Shown: one piece after another, positions 60,898-64,000 of the stretch
How the letters are laid out: each line of letters starts with the position of its first letter
Position numbering within the stretch: position 1 is the first letter of the stretch
Assembly (NCBI GenBank): GCA_963799845.1
Contig: CAWCYI010000004.1
Span: 2,048,001-2,112,000 of the forward strand
Source: an uncultured Nitrososphaerota archaeon
GTDB taxonomy: Archaea; Thermoproteota; Nitrososphaeria; Nitrososphaerales; CADDZS01
Direction: 5' to 3'
Length of the DNA stretch: 64,000 bases
Program-made: the position numbers and the translations under genes
The notes under the pieces: generated by a model
Told to the model about the DNA's origin: nothing
What the model saw: only the letters and a program-made list of their open reading frames with translations
Databases searched by the model: none

Positions 60898-61042
60898 ATT
60901 CAGAGAAATTCGTAGTCTGCACTTTCGACAACTGGCGAAGGATTCCTGAAAGCAGAGCGTATCACTCAAGAGACGGTCCAGTTTGCCGCAGATGTGTGCG
61001 GATGATCAAATCGATGTTTGGTGAAAGGGAGTTGTTTCTGAT

Positions 61043-61354
61043 TTGAGAGCTGGACAGTTCGCCACCTTAGACTACGACAACGGAACCCACGGCTACCAGA
61101 TCAAATTCAGCGACGACGAGTGGGAATGGCTGGATGAATTTGTGTCGACCAAAGACGCTCGCTATTCCTTTGTGAAAATCCTTCGCCGCAGTATCCTGCG
61201 AAAACCGTGGTTCACATTTTCCGAAAAGGATCTGCTCGTCTTACATGCGGCTCTACTATTGACCGATGGCCACTACACTTCCGTAGCAATCGTGAGTAAG
61301 CGGATCCGGCCCGCTGCCATGCGCGTCTTGAGAGGGAAGCGAAAGAGAAAGTAA
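61043..61354 (+). CDS. Hypothetical protein
   Basis: Part of a tightly packed + strand operon. Confidence 0.55.
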   Translation: MRAGQFATLDYDNGTHGYQIKFSDDEWEWLDEFVSTKDARYSFVKILRRSILRKPWFTFSEKDLLVLHAALLLTDGHYTSVAIVSKRIRPAAMRVLRGKRKRK

Positions 61355-61355
61355 A

Positions 61356-61637
61356 ATGCCAGGAATCCATCCACCGCCAGCCCACGGCGCAAGCCGTGAA
61401 GATTTGCACGAGTACTCGCAGTGGTACGCTTGTCTGCCTTCCGAGGAACAGGAGAAGGAAAAGAAGAAACGCTTTCCTCACATGCCTGATCCCGACAAGC
61501 AGCACATTATCGACGTGCCAAAGTTGCATCCTGATATTCAGGCAGCAATTGATCCCGAGACGAATCGGCTGGTAGAAAGGTACCGGACGAAACCGAGGAA
61601 GAAGAAAAATGCGAGAGACGATAGGGAGTCAGGCTAA
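61356..61637 (+). CDS. Hypothetical protein
   Basis: Operon context. Confidence 0.55.
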   Translation: MPGIHPPPAHGASREDLHEYSQWYACLPSEEQEKEKKKRFPHMPDPDKQHIIDVPKLHPDIQAAIDPETNRLVERYRTKPRKKKNARDDRESG

Positions 61638-61833
61638 ACGACTCGGAATCTCACCTGAACGCCTGTTCTTGCTGAGATACATCGATCCCGAAGCCTATCG
61701 TTGTATGAAGTGCAACTTTGAAACCACTTCCAGTACTTCGCGGTGTCCTAACTGTGGAAAAGAATATAGCTCTACGCCTCTTTGGGGAAAGAAGATTTCC
61801 GAGCTGCGAGCTAAGGTGAAGAAGATTGAGTGA
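61609..61833 (+). CDS. Small zinc-ribbon protein
   Basis: 'CMKC...CPNCG'. Confidence 0.65.
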   Translation: MRETIGSQAKRLGISPERLFLLRYIDPEAYRCMKCNFETTSSTSRCPNCGKEYSSTPLWGKKISELRAKVKKIE

Positions 61834-62158
61834 ACCCGTCTGCCCCGTCCATCCAAAGGTGAAACTCGATCTTCTAATGAAAGGCGAGGGTAGCTGTTTC
61901 AAATGCCATCTCCGGTACGACCTGAAAGAAGCTCGACAAATCCTAGAATTCTGTCAGCGGAACGGATTCAAAGCGAAACAGAAACTCGTCAGAGATACTG
62001 GGCCTCTGAGCTTCATCACTTGGGGATTGCCACCGGGCGGACTCAAGAGAAAGGAGATGGTGATCGTGCATCAGGACGGCAGCGAATTAACAGATAAGGA
62101 AATCCAATTCTTCTCGCGTCCGAAGGCTAGGGCAAATTTCCCGAAGCTTGCACATTGA
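61826..62158 (+). CDS. Hypothetical Zn-binding protein
   Basis: 'CPVH...CFKC'. Confidence 0.6.
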   Translation: MSEPVCPVHPKVKLDLLMKGEGSCFKCHLRYDLKEARQILEFCQRNGFKAKQKLVRDTGPLSFITWGLPPGGLKRKEMVIVHQDGSELTDKEIQFFSRPKARANFPKLAH

Positions 62159-63225
62159 CGGACAGTAGGATCTCACTCTTGTACCCCGAAAGGTTAGGCA
62201 TCAGGACGGCGGACCTCGAAAGATGCCGAGCATTACTAGAATTAATTCTAAAGAAAGCTGAAACAGAAGATCGGACGTGGTCTTACCCCGCTGAACTCGG
62301 GCGCGAGGGTTTGCCACACCTAGAAGATTATAGAACGATTGAAAAATACGCCGAGAAACTTTCACAGTGGTTGCCTGATGGGATCAGCTATGAACCCCAC
62401 AGTCCTGGGGCAGATAACGCGAATCTGATCCGCGTCCTAAACAGGGCAACGTGTCAAACCTGGTTAAAGCAATCCCAGATAAAGACGGCCAAAGAAATCC
62501 TCGAAGTTCAAGCTTATCTGGGACCTGGCTGGTTCTACGAAGATTGCATCAGGAATCAGAAAATAGAAGATTGGATCGCATCCGTGACCGACTTTGGCGG
62601 GAATTTTTCAGCGGGCGGGACTCCCAGGAGAAAGCTCGCCATTGATTGGATCAACAATCGGCTTTTGCATGCTGGATCCACTATTCCGATGAAGCTCCTG
62701 AAAATTGCACAGGCATACGGCCAAACGTTGTGGGCTGTCTCCTCTATGATGCTTCGCGCCAGCGGAACAGACGAGGCCATCTTCATCTACATTCTTTACG
62801 AGTTTCGCGAGGCGGTCTGGATTCGCGTTATAGAATATTTGTCAGAGCAGCGCAGAGAGCTGCCACTTCCGAAGTGGATCAACCTCGCCAACCACTTTCA
62901 AAACCGTCTAGCGAAAATGGAGTCTTACGCAATGAGCTTTGACGACTGGTTAGCGAAGGACGTAGTGGCGGTTTTCCTCTCCCGCCCCGACACGGAAGAG
63001 CTGGCAAAAGAGTACGTTTCGCTGCTCTGTGAGACTGGAAAATGGTTTGCGATCCAGCTCGTCATCGACAGCAAATTCGTGTCAGAAGAGTACCACTCCC
63101 GATACAATGGCTTTCAGGCTAAACGGGAGAGCCTGATACGGGAAGCGAGGAAGAAACCGCGCCTGGATGAGATCCGCGCCAGAGAAAAAGGAAAGAGGAT
63201 CCGTGTACGTTGGAAGAAAAACTGA
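62155..63225 (+). CDS. Hypothetical protein
   Basis: 356-aa ORF overlapping the upstream stop. Confidence 0.75.
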   Translation: MTDSRISLLYPERLGIRTADLERCRALLELILKKAETEDRTWSYPAELGREGLPHLEDYRTIEKYAEKLSQWLPDGISYEPHSPGADNANLIRVLNRATCQTWLKQSQIKTAKEILEVQAYLGPGWFYEDCIRNQKIEDWIASVTDFGGNFSAGGTPRRKLAIDWINNRLLHAGSTIPMKLLKIAQAYGQTLWAVSSMMLRASGTDEAIFIYILYEFREAVWIRVIEYLSEQRRELPLPKWINLANHFQNRLAKMESYAMSFDDWLAKDVVAVFLSRPDTEELAKEYVSLLCETGKWFAIQLVIDSKFVSEEYHSRYNGFQAKRESLIREARKKPRLDEIRAREKGKRIRVRWKKN

Positions 63226-63282
63226 TTCTGCAAGCGGCAAAGGTCGCGAGGAAGATCGCCGACAAAGAGTTACCGAAAGCAG

Positions 63283-63612
63283 TTGAGGACAAGCTCATTG
63301 AAAAACTCGATTAAGCTCGTGATCGTTGCTGCGCTGTTGATCGGTCTAGCATATTTTGGAGTAGAGGCGCAAGAACATCTCAGCATCGGTACCTGCTGCG
63401 ATCAATTTGTTGTTTATTGGATCGATTGTCGTCCGCTACCTAGCGGGGCAGAGTGCATATCTCCATTCTCTTTCTTTTCAGAGTACATGGGAGATTGGAC
63501 CCTCTGCGATAGCGGGAACCTCGGTAACTTCTATGGCTACCAAAACTGTACGGGTCTGAAAGTCGTGGAAGGCTGCTACGATCTATTTCTGACGTGGAAT
63601 TTCTGCTACTAG
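63283..63612 (+). CDS. Membrane-anchored Cys-rich protein
   Basis: TM helix and multiple Cys residues. Confidence 0.6.
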   Translation: MRTSSLKNSIKLVIVAALLIGLAYFGVEAQEHLSIGTCCDQFVVYWIDCRPLPSGAECISPFSFFSEYMGDWTLCDSGNLGNFYGYQNCTGLKVVEGCYDLFLTWNFCY

Positions 63613-63639
63613 CGCGCGCAGGAATTGATTTTTTCCAGT

Positions 63640-63828
63640 ATGTCGCACCACTATCCGAATCGCAAGAACGGCTCTCCGCCCCACTCTGGATCTCCCCACG
63701 GCGGTAGCAACGAGAAGGAACCCGAGCGAGAGAAGCCGGTTGTTTCAGACGTACCAACAGTAGTCAGGATGGGCGACAAGATTTTCAAAATTGGTGAAGG
63801 CGGGTCGCCTCTGGCAATCGAAAGATGA
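63640..63828 (+). CDS. Protein with HY tag (MSHHYPNRK); may continue past the window via a frameshift
   Basis: GGAATTGATTTTTTCCAGT-ATG upstream; tag present. Confidence 0.65.
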   Translation: MSHHYPNRKNGSPPHSGSPHGGSNEKEPEREKPVVSDVPTVVRMGDKIFKIGEGGSPLAIER

Positions 63829-64000
63829 GAACGCCATCGGTGTAACTTTCGAGGGCTGGATGGACTTTATGACGGGGAAAAAATACAAAGACAAGCCTGA
63901 GCTCGACAGCGAATATTTTTGGTATGCTCTGCTCGCGGTCCCGAAGGGAGATAGAGACAGAGAGCCGTCGATCAACAAGTATTCGCCTTTGGTAATTAGG

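Noticed and set aside
349-63828. HY tag as a Tat or Sec signal peptide
   Set aside because: No hydrophobic h-region follows the basic stretch, and there is no consistent S-R-R-x-F-L consensus.
1-64000. tRNA or rRNA genes
   Set aside because: None was recognised by eye; a tRNAscan-SE or Infernal run would be needed to exclude them.

Overview
The window looks like part of a large archaeal virus or other mobile element, probably of Nitrososphaerota (Thaumarchaeota). The host call rests on Thr/Ser-rich 'GDEWG' surface proteins and an RHH-like family I recall from that phylum. No capsid, terminase or replicative polymerase is visible. Backbone blocks (about 1-3.9, 6.5-16.9, 39.9-49.8 and 59.3-64 kb) alternate with host-like islands (about 4-6.5, 16.9-39.8 and 49.8-59.2 kb) made mostly of shuffled membrane-anchored surface-protein genes. 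The main signal is that about 29 otherwise unrelated backbone ORFs begin with the same short peptide tag, M-x(1-8)-[HKQRN]-H-[YF]-[PGF] followed by a K/R/P-rich stretch, often with a second [YF]-F-L motif. Tagged ORFs include an ATP-dependent DNA ligase, an RFC-like AAA+ ATPase, and GNAT, HNH-like, LPD29-like, zincin and protamine-like proteins. Most tagged genes that open a transcription unit sit just behind a quasi-palindromic AAAA(A)-N3-5-TTTTT element, which often serves two divergent genes. This may be an undescribed protein-targeting system (for example virion packaging or injection) with its own expression signal. Many genes carry single-base frameshifts in homopolymers, most likely long-read errors, so several starts and ends were corrected by hand. 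All family assignments come from motif recognition only; no database searches were run.
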